Assembly: GCA_035329105.1 (NCBI GenBank)
Contig: DAOLHK010000001.1
Span: 27,955 to 83,123 of the forward strand
Direction of reading: 5' to 3'
DNA from: Candidatus Saccharimonadota bacterium
GTDB lineage: Bacteria > Patescibacteriota > Saccharimonadia > CAILAD01 > BJGX01
Length of the DNA stretch: 55,169 nt
Both the position numbers and the translations under genes were made by a program. Positions within the stretch are counted from its first letter, which is position 1; every line of letters starts with the position of its first letter. The notes below the pieces were generated by a model. The model did no database searches. It had not been told where the DNA came from and saw nothing but the letters and a program-made list of their open reading frames with translations. This document shows, in pieces, positions 35,682 through 45,531 of this stretch.

Positions 35682-36503
35682 TTAAACAGCTACAGACCAT
35701 TTACTTAGTAGCATTAACGCCATAAACACTACGGCTGTGACCAAAATATATTCAAAAATTAAAGTTAGTTTGAGCGTCTTGTTCTTGTAATGAAAATACA
35801 ATCCACCAAATCCATACCCCAACGCCCCAACGATAAGCGCAGATTGACTTACTAGTAACGAAGTCTTTGGAATATGATATAGATTGATCCAACGACTAGT
35901 TATCCAAAATATTTCCACTACTATAAGGGCCCAAATAGAAGCTATGATATATGGCTTATTGGTGAAGCTAATAAGCCACGTTATTGCTAAATACAATACA
36001 CTCAACCACAAAACTGCCATCACTATAACCGTAGACCAGTGCCAGTAAGCTAGCGCAAGACTAGCAAAGCTAACTCCAAGGATTAGAAGAATTATTTGCA
36101 ATATATTATTTAGTATAACATTCGGTTTACTAGTGAATTCTTGCAGCAAGATACCATAATAACCCAGACCAATCACTATACAGGCCACTACAAACCACAA
36201 TATTGGTATTAGAAATATGATATGGATTGTAAATATGTATCCATAAAGTATCAAAAGCCAAAGACTAGGTCTGATAAGTCTGGTGATAATGTGCGATTGT
36301 TTTCGATTGACCAATATCTTGGACAGTAGAAAATAATTTACCACTAAGACTATAGGTAATATCAATAGCTGGAATGGAGTGTAATACATGATTCCTATTG
36401 CAAGTACTGTAATAATCACACTACCAAAAACTCCCAGTCTTTGGTCGTGGGTAAATATCTCTATTCTTTTTAGTTGATCACGAAGTTTTATAATCAGCTC
36501 CAA
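35682..36503 (-). CDS. Polytopic membrane protein of unknown function, 273 aa
   Basis: Tracked ORF with a TTG start that overlaps the LCP gene end by 26 nt, so the start is uncertain. About 8 hydrophobic segments. Confidence 0.55.
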   Translation of the reverse strand: MELIIKLRDQLKRIEIFTHDQRLGVFGSVIITVLAIGIMYYTPFQLLILPIVLVVNYFLLSKILVNRKQSHIITRLIRPSLWLLILYGYIFTIHIIFLIPILWFVVACIVIGLGYYGILLQEFTSKPNVILNNILQIILLILGVSFASLALAYWHWSTVIVMAVLWLSVLYLAITWLISFTNKPYIIASIWALIVVEIFWITSRWINLYHIPKTSLLVSQSALIVGALGYGFGGLYFHYKNKTLKLTLIFEYILVTAVVFMALMLLSKWSVAV

Positions 36504-37836
36504 TTATTATTTGAATATCAGTTGCAGGTGGGACGTTTGGATCGGGTTGAGCTATGGTAGCCTTTACACCCAAACGCTTTTCCAGAAGCGATACAGTATA
36601 CGGCTTCTTGCCTCCACTATAGTCAATTATCTGGGTTGTTTTGACGGTAGTTGTCTCGGCAGGGCCAGATGTGACTATATTGTAATTATAACTTTTTAAC
36701 TCCTGTGATACTAGATTTGTAAGGTTGGTAGTTTTGGTACCGTTTAATAGCCCAATGGTAGCAGCTTCTTTTTTGATATAGCCATCAGCAAATATTGTCC
36801 TTACATAGGCCTGAATCGCTTTGTGATTGCCAACACCTGCAATTGGAACTACTACACTGGCACCACCAATATTGGAGTCCGTGACGAGTTGGGAGGTTTT
36901 GTTATCAATGACCTTAGAATTGATAAAGTTCGGATCTATATCTTTGAGTATTTTGCTCAATCGTTCTATCTCCCAAGCAGCCAGATCGGTACGCACATTA
37001 TTCCCCACAATACTCAACAGTTCATTTATCTTGATAGGATTTGTCAGTATATTTTGCGCATTTGCCTTCTCTCTTAATGCTACCAAGATATCTTGCTGTC
37101 GTTTGGCACGACCGTAATCATCTCCGCAATCACCCTTTCTGCATCTGGCGTATTTAAGAGCCGCGCTACCATTGAAATGCTGTTGGCCCGCCATGATGCT
37201 AAAACCGCAAGAAATATTTTCATTCTTTTCACAAGGATATTCAGGATCAGTTAGATTTTGTTCAACCTTGACATCTACTCCACCTACCAAATCCACGGCT
37301 TGTTTTAGGGCAGAAAAATCCGTGCGTAAATAATAATGGATAGGTATGTCCAGGAATTCTGATACTGTTCTTTTTGCAAGCTCTGGTCCACCGCCATCTT
37401 TGAGTTGCTCTCCAAAAGCATGTGCATTGTTTATCCTAGAATAACCTTCACCTGGGATTTTTACGTACATATCACGCGGTATGCTTAGCATAGCGGTATC
37501 TTTGGTTGCTGGATCATAGCTAGCTACTATCATAGTGTCGCTAAGTTGCTCACCGGCGTGACCGGCATCGCCCACACCTAATAGCAAGATATTAATACGT
37601 CCTTCTCCTTCGCCCTTGAGTTTTTCAGGCTCTACTGCTTCACTTTTTAGCCCAACAGCCGAAGGCCCTAGATTCTTTACCAATACTTTATTGTATGATC
37701 TATAAAGTCGATAGCCTATCAACCCTGCGATAATAGCTAATATTACAATTATAACCAGCAAAACGCGAAGCCAAACTCGTTTTCGCTTTGGTTTTGGAGA
37801 CAAATCATGATTGGGTGAATACGAATCTGTAGTCAT
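36478..37836 (-). CDS. LytR-CpsA-Psr (LCP) family cell-wall glycopolymer ligase
   Basis: 452 aa. N-terminal TM. LLLGVGDAGHAGEQLSDTMIVASYDP and MLSIPRDMYV core. Extra C-terminal domain. Confidence 0.88.
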   Translation of the reverse strand: MTTDSYSPNHDLSPKPKRKRVWLRVLLVIIVILAIIAGLIGYRLYRSYNKVLVKNLGPSAVGLKSEAVEPEKLKGEGEGRINILLLGVGDAGHAGEQLSDTMIVASYDPATKDTAMLSIPRDMYVKIPGEGYSRINNAHAFGEQLKDGGGPELAKRTVSEFLDIPIHYYLRTDFSALKQAVDLVGGVDVKVEQNLTDPEYPCEKNENISCGFSIMAGQQHFNGSAALKYARCRKGDCGDDYGRAKRQQDILVALREKANAQNILTNPIKINELLSIVGNNVRTDLAAWEIERLSKILKDIDPNFINSKVIDNKTSQLVTDSNIGGASVVVPIAGVGNHKAIQAYVRTIFADGYIKKEAATIGLLNGTKTTNLTNLVSQELKSYNYNIVTSGPAETTTVKTTQIIDYSGGKKPYTVSLLEKRLGVKATIAQPDPNVPPATDIQIIIGADYKTS

Positions 37837-37979
37837 AATTCTATATAGCTAATCCAAGTAAATTGTACATTAAAAACGTCAGCATCAATTTATTATAACT
37901 CAAATATAGCGATTATATGAGCTTGTTCTAGACTTGTTGCTTGTGGTAGCAAGCTAAACCATCGTATAATCTATAAAAG

Positions 37980-38801
37980 ATGAAAAACAGCACAGACCCC
38001 AACCAATCCATCGAGTCGGAGGACAACAATTCTACGCATCAAGTTCTTGAACCCGGTCAAACAGTAAAGCCTCAAACACCTGAGCAGATTCAAGCCGAAC
38101 AGAATCGCGCCAACCAATTACAGCACGACACAGACCAATACAATTCTGATATCGAAAATATAAATGAGTCTACGATCCAAGAAAATGATGCATCACAAGA
38201 TTTTGAGCCTGAAAAAAAGCGCTCAATATTTAAAGAGCTATTGATATGGGCCGGTGTAACCATAGCCATAGTCCTAATCATTCAGAATTTTATTTTCCAA
38301 GCATTCTATGTATCTGGCAGCAGTATGGAGCCTGACTTTCGTAATGAAGATTATCTGATAATATCCAAGATACCCCTTACTTCATACAATGTTGCAAAAT
38401 TATTTGGGCAAAAGAATATGGATATCAAACGTGGTGATGTGCTTGTATTTCGATACCCCAATTCTCCAGAAACTTTTTTTATCAAGCGTGCTATCGCCTT
38501 GCCTGGTGAACGTATTACCATTAAAGACGGGGTGATTACTATTTATAACGAAGAAAATCCCGACGGACTTGTTCTCAAAGAAGACTATATCGATCCACAA
38601 TACACTACGCTTGGTGATATAGATGAAGTGATAGAAGATGGAAAAGTATTTGTTGTTGGAGACAATCGCTCAGAAGGAGGTAGTTTTGATAGCCGAGAAT
38701 GGGGTCAGCTTCCTCAGCAAAACATCACAGGATTTGCAAAATTTAGATTGCTACCAATCAGTGAATTTATTTTTATCGGAGATCCTGAATACACTAAATA
38801 G
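37980..38801 (+). CDS. lepB: Signal peptidase I
   Basis: 273 aa. Long polar N-extension and a TM. SGSSMEP (Ser box), IKRAIALPGE (Lys box) and GDNRSEGGSFDSREWG. Confidence 0.92.
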   Translation: MKNSTDPNQSIESEDNNSTHQVLEPGQTVKPQTPEQIQAEQNRANQLQHDTDQYNSDIENINESTIQENDASQDFEPEKKRSIFKELLIWAGVTIAIVLIIQNFIFQAFYVSGSSMEPDFRNEDYLIISKIPLTSYNVAKLFGQKNMDIKRGDVLVFRYPNSPETFFIKRAIALPGERITIKDGVITIYNEENPDGLVLKEDYIDPQYTTLGDIDEVIEDGKVFVVGDNRSEGGSFDSREWGQLPQQNITGFAKFRLLPISEFIFIGDPEYTK

Positions 38802-38811
38802 CTTTTAGTAA

Positions 38812-39720
38812 TTAGTAAGTTGGTTCTTTACCCGTAATTTGTGCATATAGTCTAGCCAACTCTTCGTCAGAATAATATTCTATCTGCAGTTTTCCGCCCT
38901 TGGCAGTTTTGTATATATTGACCTTAGTACCAAGATATTCGCCGAGATCATGGGTCAACTTCTTTTGCGGTGCTTCGGCCTCAACTACCTTCTTGCGTTT
39001 GATCTCTACTCCACCCTTGAATTCTCGCACTAGGTTTTCGGCATGACGTACTGTCAAATTGTGCTTGATGATATAATCCAAAAATTTATCTTGTTGCTGT
39101 GGGTCAGTCAGAGATAAAACCGTACGAGCATGCCCCTCGGTAATCGTTCCTTCATTTAATGCAAGCTTGGCTTTGCGGGTAAGATTTTGTAATCGTAATA
39201 TATTGGTAATTGTAGAAGTAGCTTTGCCGACAGATTCACCTATTTTCTCATGAGTAAGATTGAATTGATCGACTAACTTCTGGTAGGCAACTGCCAATTC
39301 TAGAGGACTTAGATTCTTTCTCTGAATATTCTCAATAAGAGCAACTTCCAACTGCTGTTGCTGAGTAAAAGAACGTACTATAACAGGTACTTTTGCAATG
39401 CCGGCCATCTTGGCAGCTCGCAGTCTTCTCTCTCCCGCAATGAGCTGGTATTTCCAGTCATTGATACTACTCACTACTAATGGCTGGAGTATGCCGAATT
39501 TCTTGATACTATCAGCTAGCTGCTCTAGCTCTTCAGCCTCAAATTCAGTTCGTGGTTGGTATGGATTGGTTGAGATATTTTCGATAGGGACTTCATTGAC
39601 AGATTTATCGCTAGCAATTACAGCTTGAGGTATGCTATCACCTGCAAATTCGTCCAATGATTCGATCTGCTCGGGAATTAGAGAATCCAGTCCTTTTCCA
39701 AGTCTATTGTTGTTCGACAC
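38812..39720 (-). CDS. parB: Chromosome partitioning protein ParB
   Basis: 302 aa. LIAGERRLRAAK box and an HTH region. Confidence 0.93.
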   Translation of the reverse strand: MSNNNRLGKGLDSLIPEQIESLDEFAGDSIPQAVIASDKSVNEVPIENISTNPYQPRTEFEAEELEQLADSIKKFGILQPLVVSSINDWKYQLIAGERRLRAAKMAGIAKVPVIVRSFTQQQQLEVALIENIQRKNLSPLELAVAYQKLVDQFNLTHEKIGESVGKATSTITNILRLQNLTRKAKLALNEGTITEGHARTVLSLTDPQQQDKFLDYIIKHNLTVRHAENLVREFKGGVEIKRKKVVEAEAPQKKLTHDLGEYLGTKVNIYKTAKGGKLQIEYYSDEELARLYAQITGKEPTY

Positions 39721-40468
39721 GTTTAATTACCTCCTTTGCAAGCTTTTTATATGCAAATGCACCTCTGCAAAATCTGTCATAAGCCAGTATTGGCTTACCG
39801 TGTGATGGCGCTTCTGCTAATCGTATATTGCGAGGTACCGTGGTGTCAAATAATAACTTTCCAAAATGCTTTTGCAATTCCTTAATGACTGCCCCAGACA
39901 GACTATTCCTACTATCATACATAGTAACTATTACTCCAAGCAGTCTCAGATTGGGATTGAGCGCCGCCCTGACCCTTTTGACTGTGTTGAGCAATTGACC
40001 CAAGCCTTCTAAGGCATAGTATTCAGCCTGTGCGGGTATAAGTAGCAAATTGGCAGCCACTAGACCATTGATAGTCAAAAGGCCAAGTGATGGCGGACAA
40101 TCTATGATGATGTATTGATAATTCAATCCCTCCAGAGCTGTTTTTAACACGAACTCACGTCTTACCATACTACTAAGTTCTATCTCCGAAGCCGCCATAT
40201 CACCACTTGATGGTAAAATATCAAGATTTTTGTATTGTGTCTGTTTGATACAGTCTCGTGCAATTACTTGACCACGCAACACGTCATATAGACTATATTG
40301 GAGTTTGCTTTTTTGTATTCCAACACCAGAGGTACTATTGGCTTGAGGGTCTAAATCTAGAAGAAGTACTGTTTTGCCAAGTTTAGCCAAATAAGCCGCA
40401 ATATTTATTGCGGTTGTTGTCTTTCCGACCCCTCCTTTTTGATTTGTAACAGCAATAATACTGCTCAC
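39704..40468 (-). CDS. parA: Chromosome partitioning ATPase ParA/Soj
   Basis: 254 aa. Deviant Walker A KGGVGKTTT. 17-nt overlap with parB. Confidence 0.95.
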   Translation of the reverse strand: MSSIIAVTNQKGGVGKTTTAINIAAYLAKLGKTVLLLDLDPQANSTSGVGIQKSKLQYSLYDVLRGQVIARDCIKQTQYKNLDILPSSGDMAASEIELSSMVRREFVLKTALEGLNYQYIIIDCPPSLGLLTINGLVAANLLLIPAQAEYYALEGLGQLLNTVKRVRAALNPNLRLLGVIVTMYDSRNSLSGAVIKELQKHFGKLLFDTTVPRNIRLAEAPSHGKPILAYDRFCRGAFAYKKLAKEVIKRVEQQ

Positions 40469-40569
40469 TCACCCTCCGACTTTATAGATATAATTATAGC
40501 ATATCTATAGATAGTGAATACACAAATAAATCTGTATTATATATTACTTTGATGTATTGCCAATAATCA

Positions 40570-40598
40570 TTTACAAATAGAGTAATATTTGCTACAAT
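40570..40598 (+). promoter_or_regulatory. Candidate rplU promoter
   Basis: TTTACA (40570-40575), a 17-nt spacer, then TACAAT (40593-40598). This implies a very short leader. Confidence 0.45.
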
Positions 40599-40624
40599 AT
40601 CTTAATTCAACTAATATTAAATAT

Positions 40625-40933
40625 ATGCAAGCAGTAATAGAAACCGGATCAAAACAATACATCGTCTCTGTAGGCCAAGTCCTAGAGGTTGAACTTTTGC
40701 ATTCCGACAAGAACAAGATAGAATTCAAACCATTATTAATAATTGATGGAGACAACGTCAAGGTAGGCAAACCCGTTATTGAAAGTGCTGTAGTCAAAGC
40801 CGATATCAATCCTGATATTGTAAAAGGCGAAAAACTAAAAATTCTTCACTACAAGCCCAAGAAAAGACAATCCACCAAGACTGGCCATCGCCAAAAGTAC
40901 TCACAAATCACAATTACTGATATAAAATCCTAA
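40625..40933 (+). CDS. rplU: 50S ribosomal protein L21
   Basis: 102 aa starting MQAVIETGSKQYIVSVGQ. The tracked TTG start at 40589 would add a non-conserved extension. No rpmA follows. Confidence 0.93.
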   Translation: MQAVIETGSKQYIVSVGQVLEVELLHSDKNKIEFKPLLIIDGDNVKVGKPVIESAVVKADINPDIVKGEKLKILHYKPKKRQSTKTGHRQKYSQITITDIKS

Positions 40934-40936
40934 AGC

Positions 40937-42427
40937 TTAGTTACAAGCTGGTTTGTTTGAGCCTGTTCTTATTTCATTAAACCAGCTAATAGTGTCATTG
41001 ATACTAGCATTCATTGTCTGATAATGATCAACCAAACCCCTAGGGTTGTAGGTCTGCACAGCAAACGGACTTGTATTGTACTCTCGCAGAGTTGTTTTAT
41101 TACCAGAAGCACAAAGTCGCTCATAGGCTGATTTGCTTTGGCCCACCAAGACAACGTTGTCGTGTATTCCATGGTTTATCAACTTTGGAGTGTTGGTTTT
41201 GACGGAACCTATCAGATTGGCATCCATATCAGAAGCAAATTGTGCATAGATAGGATTGCTAGCAATATTTCCAGTCTTTGCAGCATTGATAAACTCAGGT
41301 GTATATAATGCAGCAGATCTATTGGCGCCAATGTTGGATGGATAAAACTGGTTTACATTGTCAATACAGACATTTGCGACATCATTATTTAGATTGTTGA
41401 CCCATTTTGGTAACAATATCCTACTGACGGGATAATTCCTCTTATACCAATCTTGATAACTACTGATAACAAATGGTCCAAACCAATTGATATTGGCGCC
41501 ACTAGTGATTGCACTGGTCAGGGTTTCTTTGACGCTTGTTACTGGCCCAAACCCAACAGCTCCGGCTATTTTGATGTTGGGAGCATATTTGGAAGCTAGA
41601 GCATCTGCCCAATATGCGGCGTGCCCACCTTGACTATACCCGGCAACAAAAATAGCATCCTTATCTACATTGCTTTTTGTGATTTCTAGATTGTTTAATG
41701 CTTGGATGGAGTCTAGAACTACCTTGCCCTCTAATTCACCCACCATATAGTGGTGCATCCTGGTATCATCACGCATGCCCTCATAGTCAGTTACTACCAC
41801 TATATATCCCTGGCTCACATAGGCAGCCAGTTGCGAGTCATAGTTGGCCCAATTTCGTTTGTTGGGCTGCTCTATACTGGAGGCACATAAGTCACCTATC
41901 CCAGTAGTACCTGTGGCAAATGACATGACCGGCGTCTTGCCAGCTACAGCATTGTCTGGAACATAAACTCTAGCATACACCAGTACTTGATCCGATGATC
42001 CATCTGATGTATTGAATCGTATGACTTGTTTTTTGTGACCATAATTTACCGGCAGATTGAAGGCTTTGTTGGTCTGTCTGATAAGAGCTAATGTTTGTGC
42101 AGCAGTAAATGACTGTACTGGCTCGGATGAAATAATCTTGCCTGTTTGAATTTCTGGAGGCTTAGTAAGCTCTACTTGTTTGACTGGCGAGACTGCCTTA
42201 TGTGCCTGATAAAAATATTTGCTCCATACGAACACAGCCAATCCCACTATCGCAATGATAGATAAGAATATAATAATCACACTTAGCCATATTCGACTTT
42301 TCTTGGGCTTTTGCATATTACTATCGTCCATTATCTCATGACTCATGCCACTTTGCATCGGTTCGATGATCTGATGAGATTTTCTATGGATTACTGGTTT
42401 TCTATGTGATTTATTACTCTTTTTCAT
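40937..42427 (-). CDS. Membrane-anchored/secreted alpha/beta-hydrolase, secretory-lipase-like
   Basis: 496 aa. N-terminal TM (IWLSVIIIFLSIIAIVGLAVFVW). Nucleophile elbow VAGYSQGGHAA. The overall layout is reminiscent of the LIP secretory-lipase family (unverified). Confidence 0.7.
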   Translation of the reverse strand: MKKSNKSHRKPVIHRKSHQIIEPMQSGMSHEIMDDSNMQKPKKSRIWLSVIIIFLSIIAIVGLAVFVWSKYFYQAHKAVSPVKQVELTKPPEIQTGKIISSEPVQSFTAAQTLALIRQTNKAFNLPVNYGHKKQVIRFNTSDGSSDQVLVYARVYVPDNAVAGKTPVMSFATGTTGIGDLCASSIEQPNKRNWANYDSQLAAYVSQGYIVVVTDYEGMRDDTRMHHYMVGELEGKVVLDSIQALNNLEITKSNVDKDAIFVAGYSQGGHAAYWADALASKYAPNIKIAGAVGFGPVTSVKETLTSAITSGANINWFGPFVISSYQDWYKRNYPVSRILLPKWVNNLNNDVANVCIDNVNQFYPSNIGANRSAALYTPEFINAAKTGNIASNPIYAQFASDMDANLIGSVKTNTPKLINHGIHDNVVLVGQSKSAYERLCASGNKTTLREYNTSPFAVQTYNPRGLVDHYQTMNASINDTISWFNEIRTGSNKPACN

Positions 42428-42906
42428 ATTGATACCAATTTCTTTTTCATGACATACATATCCACATCAGACACTACTTCGGGCAATATCTTATCAAGCT
42501 CATAGTCTTGATGTTCATAAAACTTCTGCTGATTGTGTGTAACCAATGACAATGTCTCCACTCCACGCATTTTAAGTCTTTTTTCTGTCTCGCCCAAAAG
42601 TTTTTTACCTAGTTTTTTATTTCTAATATCGGGATGTATGAAAAGCCAATACAAGAATCCTTGATTCGAAGACTGAATACCGCTCAAACTATACCCGGCA
42701 AGGCGATTGTTATAATAAAGCCCCACATACAGCCGCGAAGGATTGAGAGAGCCCATATACATCTTGAATAGATTATTGCTATTCAATACTTTCTGCCTGT
42801 AGCCTGATGAAAAATAATTGAAGTCCGTAATAAGTGCATCCGAGAAAAGCCTGTGTAGATGAGTGACGTGTCGCACTGGTATTTTTCTAATCTTTACCTG
42901 ACTCAT
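42424..42906 (-). CDS. GNAT-family N-acetyltransferase
   Basis: 160 aa. IRNKKLGKKLL acetyl-CoA loop. 4-nt overlap with the lipase-like gene. Confidence 0.8.
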   Translation of the reverse strand: MSQVKIRKIPVRHVTHLHRLFSDALITDFNYFSSGYRQKVLNSNNLFKMYMGSLNPSRLYVGLYYNNRLAGYSLSGIQSSNQGFLYWLFIHPDIRNKKLGKKLLGETEKRLKMRGVETLSLVTHNQQKFYEHQDYELDKILPEVVSDVDMYVMKKKLVSI

Positions 42907-42929
42907 AGATTTTTGTCTGATATTATCAT

Positions 42930-43865
42930 CTATGCATTGGCGATGTAGTGCTCAGCTTCAAGCGCAGCCTTACATCCCTCTCCAGCAGCAGTTATTGCCT
43001 GTCTGTATCTCTTGTCTGATACATCTCCTGCAGCAAACACACCTGATATCTTGGTAGTAGTATCTGGATTGGCTATCAGATATTTTTTCTCATCTAGGTC
43101 TATTATGCCTTCAAAGAGCTTGGTGGCTGGAGTGTGTCCAATCGCTACAAACAATCCACCGCACTCTAGCTTGGTTTCTTTGTTGTTTTGGGTATCTTTT
43201 AAGACCACACCTTCCACAAAATCTTTACCTAGCACATCTATCACTTCGGCATTGTAGATGATATCGATTTTTTCATGATTCTTGACTCGATCTTGCATGA
43301 TTTTACTTGCCCGAAACTCATCACGTCGATGTACTACAGTTACCTTATCGGCAAATTTAGCAAGTGTGAGTGCTTCCTCCATAGCACTATCCCCGCCTCC
43401 TGCTACAACTACGTGCTTATTAGTGAAAAAGAATCCATCACAAGTAGCACAGGCCGATATACCTTTGCCCATCAGGCGCTGTTCGTTTTTGAGTCCTAGC
43501 CAATTGGCACTTGCACCGGTCGATATGATAACTGTCTTAGATTCATATACATCATTTGCGACCCACACCTTTTTGATATCACCATCTAGTTCGACTTTGG
43601 TCACAAAGTCGGCCCTAAACTCCGTACCAAATCTCAGCGCTTGAGCTTTCATCTCTTCCATCAGTTCTGGCCCCATTATGCCGTCTTTAAATCCTGGGAA
43701 ATTTTCTACCTCGGAAGTTAGTAGCAACTGACCGCCAGGTGTATCGCCAGCTATCATCATAGTCTTCAGGCTTGCTCTAGCGGTATAAATAGCAGCCGTA
43801 TAGCCGGCTGGACCAGCCCCGATAATTATAACGTCGTAGATAGTTTTAGTTTTGTTCATAAACAT
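42930..43865 (-). CDS. trxB: Thioredoxin reductase
   Basis: 311 aa. GAGPAGYTAA and the CATCDG redox centre. Confidence 0.95.
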   Translation of the reverse strand: MFMNKTKTIYDVIIIGAGPAGYTAAIYTARASLKTMMIAGDTPGGQLLLTSEVENFPGFKDGIMGPELMEEMKAQALRFGTEFRADFVTKVELDGDIKKVWVANDVYESKTVIISTGASANWLGLKNEQRLMGKGISACATCDGFFFTNKHVVVAGGGDSAMEEALTLAKFADKVTVVHRRDEFRASKIMQDRVKNHEKIDIIYNAEVIDVLGKDFVEGVVLKDTQNNKETKLECGGLFVAIGHTPATKLFEGIIDLDEKKYLIANPDTTTKISGVFAAGDVSDKRYRQAITAAGEGCKAALEAEHYIANA

Positions 43866-43936
43866 TAATTATAGCAAATTTTTAGGGGCAGTTTTTGGTT
43901 ATGGTATAATAAAAGTACATAAAAAAGGAGAATGAC

Positions 43937-44308
43937 ATGGTAGGATTCGTAACAAATATTGAACAAGATACGCTTGAAAATGAGAATTTTCGTAAGGTAC
44001 TCTACACTGCAAAAAATATGCAACTAGTGGTAATGAGTATTGCTGCAGGAGAAGAGATAGGTCTAGAAACACACCCCGAGCATGATCAATTCATCAGAGT
44101 AGATGTAGGAAGCGCCAAGGCAATCTTGAACGGTGAAGAATCAGAATTGATGGACGGATCTTGTGTGATCATACCCGCTGGAGTCGAGCACAATATCGTA
44201 AATACTGGTGAAAACGCTCTCAAACTATACACTATCTACTCACCTCCAGAACACGCCGACGGTACTGTTCACGCTACCAAGGCCGATGCCGAAGCAGCCG
44301 AGCATTAA
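43937..44308 (+). CDS. Cupin-domain protein
   Basis: 123 aa. GLETHPEHDQFIRV and PAGVEHNIVNTG cupin motifs. AAAGGAG SD. TGGTATAAT extended -10 upstream. Confidence 0.8.
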   Translation: MVGFVTNIEQDTLENENFRKVLYTAKNMQLVVMSIAAGEEIGLETHPEHDQFIRVDVGSAKAILNGEESELMDGSCVIIPAGVEHNIVNTGENALKLYTIYSPPEHADGTVHATKADAEAAEH

Positions 44309-44349
44309 AATATTTTCTACTTTTGATGTAGTGATACAATAGTATTGCT

Positions 44350-45516
44350 ATGCAAAAACTCTCAAATCAACAAGCTAATGCTATTAGCTCGATTGGAGCT
44401 TGGCTCAAAAACAACGACCAACCATACATCACTCTCGGTGGCTATGCTGGTACTGGCAAGACTACTGTAATCGCAGCGCTTAGAAAGATACTTGCCGAGA
44501 ACAGACCTGATATGAAGCTGGCTTTTTGTGCCTATACAGGCAAAGCTACTCAGGTACTCAAAAAACACCTGAACTCTCACAAGTCAGTCGGCAGAAGTGA
44601 TACCGTATCTACATTGCATGGACTGATATATTATTCCAACTCCAAAAAAGACCAGCCACTTTCGTGGAAGAAACGCGAGAATCTCAATTACGACCTAGTA
44701 ATAGTCGACGAGGCTAGTATGCTTAGTGAAGACTTGTGGAACGACCTACTCAGCTTCGGCAAGCCAGTGATAGCTGTCGGAGACCATGGACAATTGCCAC
44801 CGATCAACTCTAGCTTCAACCTCATGGCCGAGCCAGAGATCAGACTAGAGCAAATATTTCGCCAATCTGTTGATAGCCCTATTATTAGTCTTGCTACCAG
44901 TGCTCGAACCACCGGTGAAATACCCATAAATTATTATTCTGACAAAGTACAGAAGCTAGACAAGGCTCAAGCCGAGACTGGTGATAAGGTAGAGGAGATA
45001 CTCCGGCAATACAATAGTGATAATTTAGTATTGTGTGGTTACAATCACACAAGGCGCAAGCTCAACAAATACATTCGTAAGCTAAAAGAATTTGAATCAG
45101 AAGATCCTCAAGTAGGTGATGTCATAGTCTGCCTTCGCAACAGTAGAGAAAGCGGCCTGAGCAACGGACAGGTGGGTACTATCCGGGCCATATCCGATGC
45201 TGATGATGACACCAAAAAAAATTGGTGGTACATCAGTGCTGACTTTGATGGGCGAAATTTCGAGGGCTATGCACCCAGGGAACAGTTTGGTTCACTTACT
45301 ACCATGTCACGCTTACCCAAACGCAAGAAAACTGATCTCATCGGCTTATTTGACTTTGGCTATGCCTTGACTGTACACAAAGCTCAGGGATCTCAAGCTC
45401 GGCGAGTACTTATATTTGAAGAACGATTTTCACAGATGAGCGACGAGGACTGGCGCCGCTGGCTATACACTGCTGTAACTCGAGCCGAAGAAGAGCTCTA
45501 TATAGTTGGGAATTAA
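44350..45516 (+). CDS. Compact SF1B RecD/Dda-like DNA helicase
   Basis: 388 aa. Walker A GGYAGTGKTT and Walker B LVIVDEASML. VGDHGQLPPI and YALTVHKAQGSQ. Confidence 0.85.
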   Translation: MQKLSNQQANAISSIGAWLKNNDQPYITLGGYAGTGKTTVIAALRKILAENRPDMKLAFCAYTGKATQVLKKHLNSHKSVGRSDTVSTLHGLIYYSNSKKDQPLSWKKRENLNYDLVIVDEASMLSEDLWNDLLSFGKPVIAVGDHGQLPPINSSFNLMAEPEIRLEQIFRQSVDSPIISLATSARTTGEIPINYYSDKVQKLDKAQAETGDKVEEILRQYNSDNLVLCGYNHTRRKLNKYIRKLKEFESEDPQVGDVIVCLRNSRESGLSNGQVGTIRAISDADDDTKKNWWYISADFDGRNFEGYAPREQFGSLTTMSRLPKRKKTDLIGLFDFGYALTVHKAQGSQARRVLIFEERFSQMSDEDWRRWLYTAVTRAEEELYIVGN

Positions 45517-45531
45517 GGACTGAGTAAATAC

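Noticed and set aside
38802-40624. parS sites (TGTTNCACGTGAAACA) around parAB
   Set aside because: There are no close matches. The nearest CACGTG-containing sequences in the window (for example around 3281 and 10361) have 5 or more mismatches.
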